Origin: Pocillopora damicornis
Taxonomy: Eukaryota
Reading direction: 5' to 3'
NCBI RefSeq assembly: GCF_003704095.1
Contig: NW_020844656.1
Span: 248,001-312,000 of the forward strand
DNA: 64,000 nt
How positions within the stretch are numbered: position 1 is the first letter of the stretch; every line of letters begins with the position of its first letter. Of the stretch, positions 1-10,649 are shown piece by piece. The notes under the pieces were generated by a model. The model saw only the letters and a list, made by a program, of their open reading frames with translations, had not been told where the DNA came from and made no database searches. The translations under genes and the position numbers were made by a program.

Positions 1-3000
1 CCAGCCTGCAGTGTGATGGAAACACTGGTGTGTGTAGCTGTAAGCCTGGTATTAATGGAGCAAAATGTACAGGATGTGCTGATCAGTTTTACAATCTTAC
101 AGACCAAGGTAATGTTTATGATACATACAGGTAGTGGTTTCTGTACTCTTTCCCTCTCTCTTTTAAGTGGGGCACAGAATATTGGAAAGTAAAACTTCTG
201 TCTATTTTAAAGCAGTTATATATGAGACAATATTGTCAGTGATTTAATTTTTCTTGGTTTAAGATGTTGTTGTGGGTTACCAACTTTTCTAGCATTCTTT
301 ATAATGGTTTTGGATTAAATGTCCTTGTTTCTTGTAGGTTGTATGTCCTGTGATTGTAACCTTGCGGGAAGTGCCAGCCCTGCCTGTAACAAGACTACAG
401 GCCAGTGTCCTTGTAAGGCTCAATCTCTAGGCCGTCAGTGTGACATGTGCCCAGCTGGTTATTATGGCTTAAGTGTCCAGAATCCTCAAGGTTGTTTGAA
501 GTGTCAGTGTTCAAATAAATCATCAGAATGTGTTGCTGACCCAGGATGGTTTGTTTCAACTCTTAACACCACTCTGTCAGTGTTTAATGACAATGTTGAT
601 CTGGATGGTTGGAGTACTATAGACAGTGCAGGAAAACAAGTCAATCCAGTTTTGGACTGGGATGTTACTGTAAACATTGAGAAGTGAGTGTTTACATTAT
701 GTTGTGTATTTTCATACATGTAGTGTGGTATACAAGTCATGTGATCCTCTGCTATTAACTTTGGTAGTGTGTGCACCAGTAAATTGTCCTTTAAAATTAT
801 GGTGTAGTTGTCCTCTGAAGAGGAAGAGGAAGGAGAAGGGAAATTACATTCAGGTGTTATCATTCTCTTTTCACCTTATGGGCTTAAATTCAAGTAAATT
901 TTTTCTTTTCCTTCCCTTTGTATGACATTCACCTAGGCTATGTCACTTGATACAGTAAAATCTAAGTCATCAAGAAACTGGGCAAATTGAGAACCCCTTT
1001 ATAAAATGTTAAGCTGATAATAACTTAAGGTAATTACTTTAGTGTGACATGTTCATATCTGGAAAACCAGGATAGTTTGCAGTTCTACATAAATGTTAGA
1101 GAGCGTGCTCAATTTATATACTGTGTTGGTGTAGCACTGTTTGTTTGATTGTTTGTAGACCTTTACACTGACTAGATGAAAAGACCTTGACAAACTGGTT
1201 TATACTAAGCCTTACAATTGTCCTCTTTGTTTTCTTCAGGGGATCTATGAAAGTTGACACTCAAGGCTCAGATGATATCTACTTTGTTGCTCCTGACAAG
1301 TACCTTGGGGACAAGAGATCTGCTTATACATATGCGTTGTCATTCCATTTACAACAGGACAATGCATCCAGCCCTGCAACATCCTCTAGGGGAGATGTTA
1401 TCCTTGAAGGCAAGTGGTTTGATGAACCTCTTGTCTCAAGTCTTGATGCTGCTCCACCAGGTGGAGACAATTTTAGGAAATATGAGGTAAGCTTCGACAA
1501 TTGTGTTTAACCATAATAACTCACAGTAACAATGGTAATGAAAAGGATGATGATGATGATGGCGACAGAACAATTGTTGGTGTCATCATTATCATCAGCA
1601 TCACAATTGTCCATATAATTGTCATTATTGAGGAATCGTTATTTTTGGATCAGAGTTTACCAGTGGAGATATTTTTTGACCCAGGGGAATTTGGACCAAG
1701 AGATCTGGGGTTCTCTTTTCCAGGGGTTGATGACAACCATCAAACTGTCATTTTGTGTATTTAGCAGCTGTTCTTTGAGATATTTTACAGTACTCCACTG
1801 TTACATTTGATAAAAATAGTAGCGAGGGAGACTAACTGTCAGGGAAACGAAGAGAAAGGCTGTTTAAAACATAACCGTTGCACAACTTTTTGGGGGTAAA
1901 CTCTTAATTGTTCTGTTTTACTCTCTTCCTGCTCCTGACCACCTGCCACCTGAAAAAAGTTTGGACATACTTTCGCCCCCGTTTACCGCTTTTCATTGTA
2001 CTTATGCGTGGTGAGGCCATTTCTTTGGTTATTGAAATGGAAATTGTTATCACGGGATCAACTCAAAAATATAATTGGCTACTCTGATGTTACCTACATT
2101 TAAATTAATTTGGAACTTCGGTGACACCAATAAAAAGCGAGTAACAAGTCAAGTTGGGTTTTGATCCTGGGTGTGAGAATATGGATGTTAATAACTTGAC
2201 GTTTGTTATTTTTATCAGGTAAAGCTTGTTGAAAGCAATTGGAGAGTAGGAAACACCTCTGGGCGGCAACCTTCAAGTTATGAAATGATTGTTGTATTAA
2301 GTCATTTGACTTCGCTGCGTATCAGGGCCAAGTGGACAACTCTTACAACGAAACTGTTCACCCGATTGGCTGATATTGAACTGACTCTTAGTAGCAGGTG
2401 TGTAGCATATTACTTACCCCAGAGTTGAAATGCTATAATAGTTTTTAGGCGTAAGTAAATGATTGCTGTTCCATTGATCTTTTTGTGCGTGGTTTAGAGA
2501 AGCAATAATGTCTAAATAATCTGGCATAAATATTCTGTCTTAATAGTGCGTAAAAGTTTTTTCTTTTAGCCTGGGTCTTAGGTGTACTGCTTTGCAGTAT
2601 CGATTCGCATCCTAGTCTTTTTCAAAACCGTGTCGTGGTCTTTTCGCATAACAAGTGAGTTTTACGTGACAACTTCAAGCAACGGCTGTGATGTGGATTG
2701 GTACATCGGGGGCTTTAAATAATTTACTTTGATAAAACTGCTTCTAATGTAGATTCCTTTAATTTTTGAGGAGCAATATAATTCCTGGGGCGGAAAGTGC
2801 TTTAAACATTGAGAATTGTTCTTGCCCCGTGGAGTACAAAGGACAGTTTTGTGAACAGTGCGCCAGTGGCTACACACGTGTCACGCCAAATGGAGGCCCT
2901 TACGTGACATGTGTACCGTGCGAGTGTAACGGACACTCAGACATGTGCGACCCTGAGACTGGAGTGTGTCTGGACTGTCAACACAACACCACAGGTATTA

Positions 3001-3430
3001 ACCATGAAAATAAAAGAAGCGAAAAATTTTTTCGAAGGAAGAAATGAGGTGATTAATATAGAAGGAGTGCGCAAATATTGTCGAGACGAGGGAGAAAAAA
3101 GTCCTTACACTTGGTTGTTTATCGGAGGAATAAGAACTTTGAGATACACAATGTAAGACTCTCGAGATCGGATTCTAATGCCCTGGTACAACTTATGCAC
3201 GACCACTTTTTATGAAGTTATATGCTTATCTTGATTTAAAATGACCAAATATTGCACAGTTAGTTGCTCCTTTTAATTTGTGTCCTATGTGAATATTTGT
3301 TTATCAGGCGACCATTGTGAAAAGTGTTTAGATGGTTGGTATGGCAACGCCACTAATGCCACACCTAACGACTGCAGCCCGTGCCCATGCCCCAGCGGAC
3401 CATTTGCCGTCAATCAGTTCGCTAAGACCT
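1..3430 (+). CDS. Laminin-like chain, copy 1 (partial; LE repeats plus laminin IV type A domain)
   Basis: Phase-compatible GT-AG exons: <1-108, 338-683, 1240-1486, 2219-2397, 2771-2994, 3308->3430 (runs into gap). They translate to LE repeats ([29 protein letters not shown]), an L4/IV-A domain ([30 protein letters not shown]) and [33 protein letters not shown]. Confidence 0.88.
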
Positions 3431-3889
3431 NNNNNNNNNNNNNNNNNNNNNNNNNNNNNNNNNNNNNNNNNNNNNNNNNNNNNNNNNNNNNNNNNNNNNN
3501 NNNNNNNNNNNNNNNNNNNNNNNNNNNNNNACCCAGAGTTTTTTTCTTAGGAGAGACATCATGACCTAGTTATTGGTGCTCTGGAATCTTGATTGACACT
3601 GCAGATTCAGGTTGGAACCTTGGTGAGGGTAACTGTGCGATTTTCTTAGCTGGGGTACATATACTTAATGAAGATAAATAGCTAGAATGAAGTATATTTA
3701 CTTACTATCCCATCAAGGAAGTTTGATAATAGGACAGTGCAGAGAAGCTGCAAAACAAATAAAACAGTTCACATTTGCAAAGAGTTCAAGTCCTAAGGAA
3801 TTGACTTAGACAACAACATGGCCTACAAGATGTTATGTGAAAACCATCTCCATTATAAGGCAACCACAAAAACTAGTAGATCATTGTAA

Positions 3890-5018
3890 ATAGAATAAGA
3901 GAGATGGTAATTTTTGAGCTCATTAAAGAGATAGAGAAATATGTTTTTTGTTCTGTCACAAATGTGGGACAAAGAAAAAATTCTGAGTCCCCATGAGGAA
4001 TCAAACCTCAGATGTTTGGATACCACACTTCAATGTTCTACCACTGAGCTACAGAGACTTTACAGTGAGCAAGGTCTATTACAAAGTTCTTATGATACAT
4101 GTGCTGCATACTGCTAGGATCAGCAATGTTGGTAGCGTCATGTTTGTAAATAAAATAAGAGAGATGGTAAGTTTCGAGCTTGGTAAAGAGACAGGGAAAG
4201 ATGTTTTTTTTTTATTTTTTCTTTGTTCCACACTCGTGAAAAGACTAAAAACATCTTTCTCGATCTCTTTACCAAGCTCAAACCTTACCATATCTCTTAT
4301 TCAATTTTCAAGCATGACAAGCTGTCGACATTACTGATCCTAGCAGTATGCAGGACACATGTCATATGAACTTCGTAATAGACCTCACTCACCATAGAGT
4401 CTCTGTGGCTCAGTAGTAGAGCATTGGAGCACAGAATCTGAATTCCTCATGGGGACTCAGAATTTCTTCCTTGTCCTGTGACTCGTGACAAGACAAAAAA
4501 CATCTTTCTCTGTCTCTTTACTGATCGAGCTCAAAACTTACTATCTCTCTTATTCTATTCACAAACATGATGCTATCAACATTGCTGATCCTAGTAGTGT
4601 TTAGAACAGGTGTCAAATGAACTTTGTAATAGACCTCCCTCACTGTAGTCTCTGTGGCTCAGTGGTAGAGCATCAGAGCACAAAATCTGAATTTCTCATG
4701 GGGACTCAGGATTTTTTATGTTTGTCCCAAGCTCGAGACAAGACAAAAACATCTCTATCTCTTAAATGAGCTCAAAACTTACCATTTCTAGTATTCTATG
4801 TACAGAAATGATATTATCGACATTGCTGATCCTAGCAGTGTGCAGGACGTGTGTCTTACTGAACTTCATAATAGACCTCCTTCACTGTAGTTTCTGTGGC
4901 TCAATGATAGAGCATTGGAGCAGGGAATCTAAAGGTCTGAGGTTTGATTCCTCATGGGGACTCAGAATTTTTTCTTTGTCCCATGCTCGTGACAAGACGA
5001 AAAGCATCTTTCTCAAGT
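3890..5018. repeat. tRNA-like ~245-250 bp unit array: one inverted plus three direct copies
   Basis: Unit contains GTCTCTGTGGCTCAGTGGTAGAGCAT (A-box-like)..GGTTTGATTCCTCATGGGGACT (B-box-like). Direct copies at ~4399, 4648 and 4890; reverse copy at ~3986-4059; symmetry centre ~4215. A solitary reverse copy lies at ~42470-42595. Confidence 0.85.
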
Positions 5019-5071
5019 AGATAATTGTTGAAACATAAAATTGATGTCAGTAATACTTATTTGTAACACAG

Positions 5072-5252
5072 GTTTTAGTCATGCCGACTGTGTCTGAGTA
5101 TAATGTATTCAAGGAAGCGTCTGCTGAAGTTCAAGAAAACATGACGTTTTACTACAATGCATCATCATCCCTGAAAACCTGGTCAGCAAACTCTGAGGCA
5201 GGAAGTCGTGCACTTGCACCAGTGTTTGGAAGCATTTTTGGAGAGGGACAAG
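5072..5252 (+). CDS. Exon encoding the C-terminal end of a laminin IV type B (LF)-like domain
   Basis: cacag|GTT TTA GTC ATG CCG..GGA CAA G|gtagc; VLVMPTVSEYNVF..SRALAPVFGSIFGEGQ joins in phase to ACNCSSVGS. This resembles the laminin beta LVLMP..SISALLHQTGLACEC junction. Confidence 0.6.
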
Positions 5253-7663
5253 GTAGCATTGATACTAAAAAAGATAAGAAAAGCTGTAACAAAATATCAT
5301 CTAGAACTGCTGCAAGAGACAAGGCAGCTATCAAAATAAAGTGAACATTGACTTCAGTAAACTATAGAGAATAATTTACATGTAATACCAATAGACAAAG
5401 GGATAGATTGCATATCAAGGAAATTTTGGCTCATACTACTCCAGCTATACACTTATTCAGCATATCACCTATCGATGTTTATGGTTTTAACCCAGAAATC
5501 TCTCTTTAAGTAGGCTTTAGTCACCTTAATGCAAAATTTACGGTAAAAAAAAAACTTTAGACCATTTATGTGCAATTGATATTTGTACTTAAACTTGTAT
5601 GTTTTTTCAGCATGTAACTGTAGCTCAGTGGGGTCAAACAACCCTGATGAATGTGACAGATATGGTGGCCTATGTTCTTGCAAGCCTAATGTGATTGGTC
5701 ACACTTGCAATCAGTGTAGACCAGACTATTTTAACTTCACCTCAGGTCAAGATTATAAAGGTAAAGAAGTTAAATAATGTGCATGTGTTTAGAATAAACC
5801 CTAGATTAATACATATGTGTTCCTTAGGAAAACATTGAGCTGTTGTAATGTCACTTTCAAGCAAAACATTTCTCAAAATAAGAATATTTTAAACACCTTC
5901 ATTATGATATTCACTAACACTCAATCTTTACCTCTGTCAATTATTGAGTATGGAGTTTGAAAGTTTGATATTTAGCCCCCAAATATTAGCAACTTGCTGC
6001 AAATTCAGAGTTTTCTTGGATAGAAATGCCTGATTGAAACAGACTATGAGGGCGAGAAGTTCAGAAACGGCATACTTTATTCCCACCTCTATGTCAATTT
6101 TGAATGAATGATGATTTCTCTGCTTTTCCTTTTTTGAAAATAACAACTTACATGAGCATGAATTTTTATGTACATGAATATTAGTGTCAAACCAGATATT
6201 TTACAATTTTATTGTTATTTGTACAATATCTGTACACTGTAGCACTGTGGAAGTGCAATCAGAGTTTTTGCTCATCATATTTTCTTCTTTTGTTTATTTC
6301 ACAGATTGCAACTGTAACATGACTGGTGCAAATGTATTTGTTTCTTTTAGGTTGTATATCCTGTGACTGTAACCTTGGGGGAAGTGCCAGCCCTGTCTGT
6401 GACAAGACTACAGGCCAGTGTCCTTGTAAGCTTCAGTCACTTAAGGCCGTCAGTGTGACATGTGCCCAGCTGGTTATTATGGCTTAAGTGTCCAGAATCC
6501 TCAAGGTTGTTTGAAGTGTCAGTGTTCAAATAAATCATCTGACTGTGTTACTGACCCAGGATGGTTTTTCTCAACTCTTGACACCCCTCTGTCAGTGTTT
6601 AATGACAATGTTGATTTGGATGGTTGGAGTACTATAGAAAGTGCAGGAAAACAAGTCAACCCAGTCCTGGACTGGGATATTACTATAAACATTGAGAAGT
6701 GAGTGTTTACATTAGGTTGTTGTATTTATATATATGTAGTGTAGTATACAAGTCATGTGACCCTCTGCTATTAACTTTGGTAGTGTGTGCACCAGTAAAT
6801 TGTAATTTGAAATTATGGTGTACTGGTTGTCCTCTGAAGGGAAATTGAATAAAGGTGTGATCATTCTCATTTCACCTTTTGGGCTTAAATTAAAGTAAAT
6901 TTTCTCTTCTCCTTCCCTTTGCATGCCATTCACCTAGCCTATGTCACTTAATACAGCAAAATCCGATTCATCAAGAAACTAGGCAAATTGAAAACCCCTC
7001 TTAGAATGTTTGGCTGATAACAGCTAAGAGGTAATATCACTTTAGTATAACATGTTCATATCTGGAATACCAGGAAAGTTTGCACTTCTAAATGAATGTT
7101 AAAGGCATGCTCAATTTATACCATGTTGGTGTAGCACTTTTTGTCTCACTGTTTGTAGACCTTTACACCAACTAGATGAAAAGACCTTGACAAACTGGTT
7201 TATACTGAGCCTTACAATTGTCTGCTTTATTTTCATCAGGGGATCTATAAGGGTTGACACTCAAGGCTCAGATGATATCTATTTTGTTGCTCCTGACAAG
7301 TACCTTGGGGACAAAAGATCTGCTTATACAAATGCATTGTCATTCCATTTACAACAGGACAATGCATCCAGCCCTGCAACATCCTCTAACGGAGATGTTA
7401 TCCTTGAAGGCAAGTGGTTTGATGAACCTCTTGTCTCAAGTCTTGATGCTGCTCCACCAGGTGGAGACAATTTTAGGAAATATGAGGTTAGTTTCGACAA
7501 TTATGTTTAACTACAGCTTTGTAATAACTCACAATAACAATAATAATGAAAAGGATGATGATGATGATACAAACATTGTCATCATTATCATCACCATTAT
7601 AATTGTCAATGCAATTATCATTATTATGGAATCATTGTTTTTGGATCAGAGTTTAACAAGGGG

Positions 7664-9333
7664 CCCCTACAAAAATAGTGCTTATTTTATATCTATTTTT
7701 AAACTATTTTTTCTCCCTACTTTTTGTGTATTTTTTCTCTATTTTTTCAGACTATTTTAAAGTTACTTTTAAACTATTTTACACCTATTATTTTGAAACA
7801 AAAAATAGTCTGGTTGGCAAGTCATAACTACTGTATAGATAGCTTTAAAATAGCTTTAAAATAGAGAAAATGTGTATGCAATTTGATGATAAAATAGGAT
7901 TAAAATAGCATTAATGAAATATTAGTTATAAAAGAAAATAGACATAAAACAGGGATAAAATAGAGAAAAAATACCAAAAATAGGGAAAAATAGAATATAA
8001 ATACATTTAAAATAGGTTTGAAATATACAAAAGATAGGAATAAAGGAGGAATAAAAGTTGAAAAAATAGGAATCAAATACCTATAAAATAGGTCTAAGAG
8101 ACATAAAATAGACATAAAACAGGGATAAAATAGGAAAAAAATTTTAAAAAATAGATTATAAATACACTTAAAATAGGTTTAAAATAGAGCCTCATGTATA
8201 AACATTCCTAGGAAAAAACGTAATTCCTAGGAATAAGAGGTGTGAATTGTCATGGTAAATTTGAAATGGGAATTCCTAGGAATTCCCAACTGTAACAACA
8301 CTCACAGGTTCAAAAACCTAGAAATTCCCAGAAATTCCAAGTTAATTGTCAACAGGACTTTGAATTACAAGGAATTCCAACTCAGAGCACCAACGACTTT
8401 CCCTAAAAGACTGTAAATCTAAAAACTTGCTAGAAATTCCTAAGAATTTTCATTAATTTCTAGGAATGTTTAAGAATTACTGGGAATTTTAAGAAAAAAA
8501 TTGAGGTAACTAACATTAAATAAATACTAAAAATTTAAAATCCCACCTAAAAATTCAAGTATTCAATGAAATTTATTTACATACTTACCTCAGGTTTAAG
8601 TGTAAAATATTTTTGATTTTATATTAACATCAACAAGTAGTAATATTGGGATGGAATTTGATTTCTTATTCTTTTCTTGAAAAATTCATAAGAATTATCT
8701 TCAATTACAGCTATTCATAAAAAATATTCCTAATCAATCATTAAATTTGGTTTGACACAAATTGTCAATAAAATCTGTTGATTCTTTCCCATAAAATACA
8801 ATAACTTGAATTATATTTACTGCAATAAATACAGTACTATCAGTCAAAAAATAGTCTTTAAAGGAATCATTTTCATATTTTCCAAAGGAAATGGCCATAG
8901 TATGTCCTATCAGCAGAAAATGTAAATAAAACGGCCTATTTTATCACTATTTTACTGATGTAGGAAATAAAATAGTGTATGATCGTCAGTTAACACACTC
9001 CATGTTGGATAGAACATGTTTATTACAAAACGTAGGTTCGCACTGCGTGCGGAGGAATGGATACTACAAATAGGATTAAAATAGTCTGTTTTGCTGGTTA
9101 TATTTCCACTTGTTTAGAGAAAATATAAATAAAATACACCACCTTGTTCAATCTTGCTTTAAAATAGGTTTAAATTAAAAGTAAAACACAATTAAGATAG
9201 AGGCTCTATTTTCCTCATCAGGTAAAATAGGAATAAAATATAAGTCTCAGAGAATAAAATATTATAAAAATAGATGTGATAGCATTAAAATAGACATAAA
9301 ATATAAACAAAATAGGATTGTTTTGCAAGGGGG
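7664..9333. mobile_element. Non-autonomous DNA transposon, CACTA/EnSpm (CMC)-like
   Basis: Absent from the paralogous intron of copy 1 (~1660-1670). Termini CCCCTACAAAAATAG / TTTTGCAAGGGG form an imperfect inverted repeat, with many subterminal CTATTTT/AAAATAG repeats and no coding ORF. Confidence 0.75.
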
Positions 9334-10649
9334 AAGATTATTTGTGACCAAGGAGAATTTGGACCAAGAGATCTGAGGTTCTCTTGTTCAGGGGTTAATG
9401 ACAACCATCAAACTTTTAGTTTGTCTATTTTAGCAGTTTTTCTTTGAGATGTTTTATAATACTCCACTGTTGCATTTGAGAAAAATAGCAGTGAGGGAGA
9501 GTAACTTTCAGGGAAAACGTCTGGAGAAAGGCTGTTTAAAACATAGCCTTAGCACAACTTTTGGGGTAAATTCGTACTTGTTCTGTTTTACTCTCTTCCT
9601 GCTCCTGACCCCTTGCCACCTGAAAAAAATCGGACATATTCCCGCCCCTGTTTGCTACTTTTCATTGTACTTATGTGTGGTGGGGTCATTTCTTTGGTTA
9701 TTGAAATGGAAGTTGTTATCACTGGATCAACTCAAAAAAGATAATTGGCTATTCTCACTTTCCAACATTTAAGTTAATGTCGAACTTTGGTGACACTAAT
9801 AAAAAACGAGTAACAAGTCAAGTTAGGTTTGGGTCCTGGATGTGAGAATGTGGATTAACTTAATGTCTGTTATTTTTATCAGGTAAAGCTTGTTGAAAAC
9901 AATTGGAGAGTAGGAAACACCTCTGGGCGGCAACCTTCAAGTTACGAAATTATTGTTGTATTAAGTCATTTGACGTCACTGCGTATCAGGGCCAAGTGGA
10001 CAACTCTTACAACAAAATTGTTCACCCGATTGGCTGATATTAAACTAACTCTTAGTAACAGGTGTGTACTACATTGATTACCCTAGAGTTTAAATGCTAT
10101 AATTTTTAGGCTGTAAGTAAATGAGTGCTTTACCATTGATCTTTTTGGGTGTGGTTAAAGAAGTAATAATGTCTGTAGTGTATTGAGAACATTATATAAG
10201 TACTTGTATCAATGATAGTAATCTTACTGTAGGACTACTGAATGATGTGAAAGTACTGTAATCAAGTAACATGACGGTACCAGCTCATTAGATAATTGAT
10301 CGATGAATAAAGACAGAATATAGAAAGCAATTGAAGAGTGAGGAGTCTGTATGATGTCTAAACGATCTGGCATAAATATTCTGTCTTAATGGTGTGTAAA
10401 AGTTTTTTCTTCTAGCCAGGGTCTTTGAGTATATGATGTCTAAAAAATCTGGCATAAATATTCTTTCTTAATGGTGCGTAAATGTTTTTTCCTCAAGCCA
10501 GGGTCTTTTAGAGTAAGTATGATGTTTTGCAGCATCCAGTCGCACCCTAGTCTCTTTCAAAACCGTTTCTTGGTCTTGTCACACAGCAAGAGCTTTAAAT
10601 AATTTACCTGGATAAAATGATTTTAATGTAGATTGATTTTATTTTTTAG

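Noticed and set aside
3986-4962. Functional tRNA genes
   Set aside because: The units have stem mismatches, decayed anticodon arms and T-arm deletions, and they sit in a larger repeat unit.
3890-5018. CRISPR-like array
   Set aside because: Whole ~250 bp units repeat with no unique spacers, there are no cas genes, and the context is eukaryotic intron-type DNA.
5193-5344. Alternative helical-looking frame (LRQEVVHLHQCLEAF..) and the ORF tail past 5252
   Set aside because: A phase-correct donor at 5253 joins the first frame to the next LE exon, so the remainder is intron.
1187-7510. Exact 6000-bp offset between paralogous ORFs 1187 and 7187
   Set aside because: The interval includes an arbitrary 100-N gap and the offset drifts elsewhere (about 6013-6015 upstream, ~7880 downstream), so it is a coincidence.
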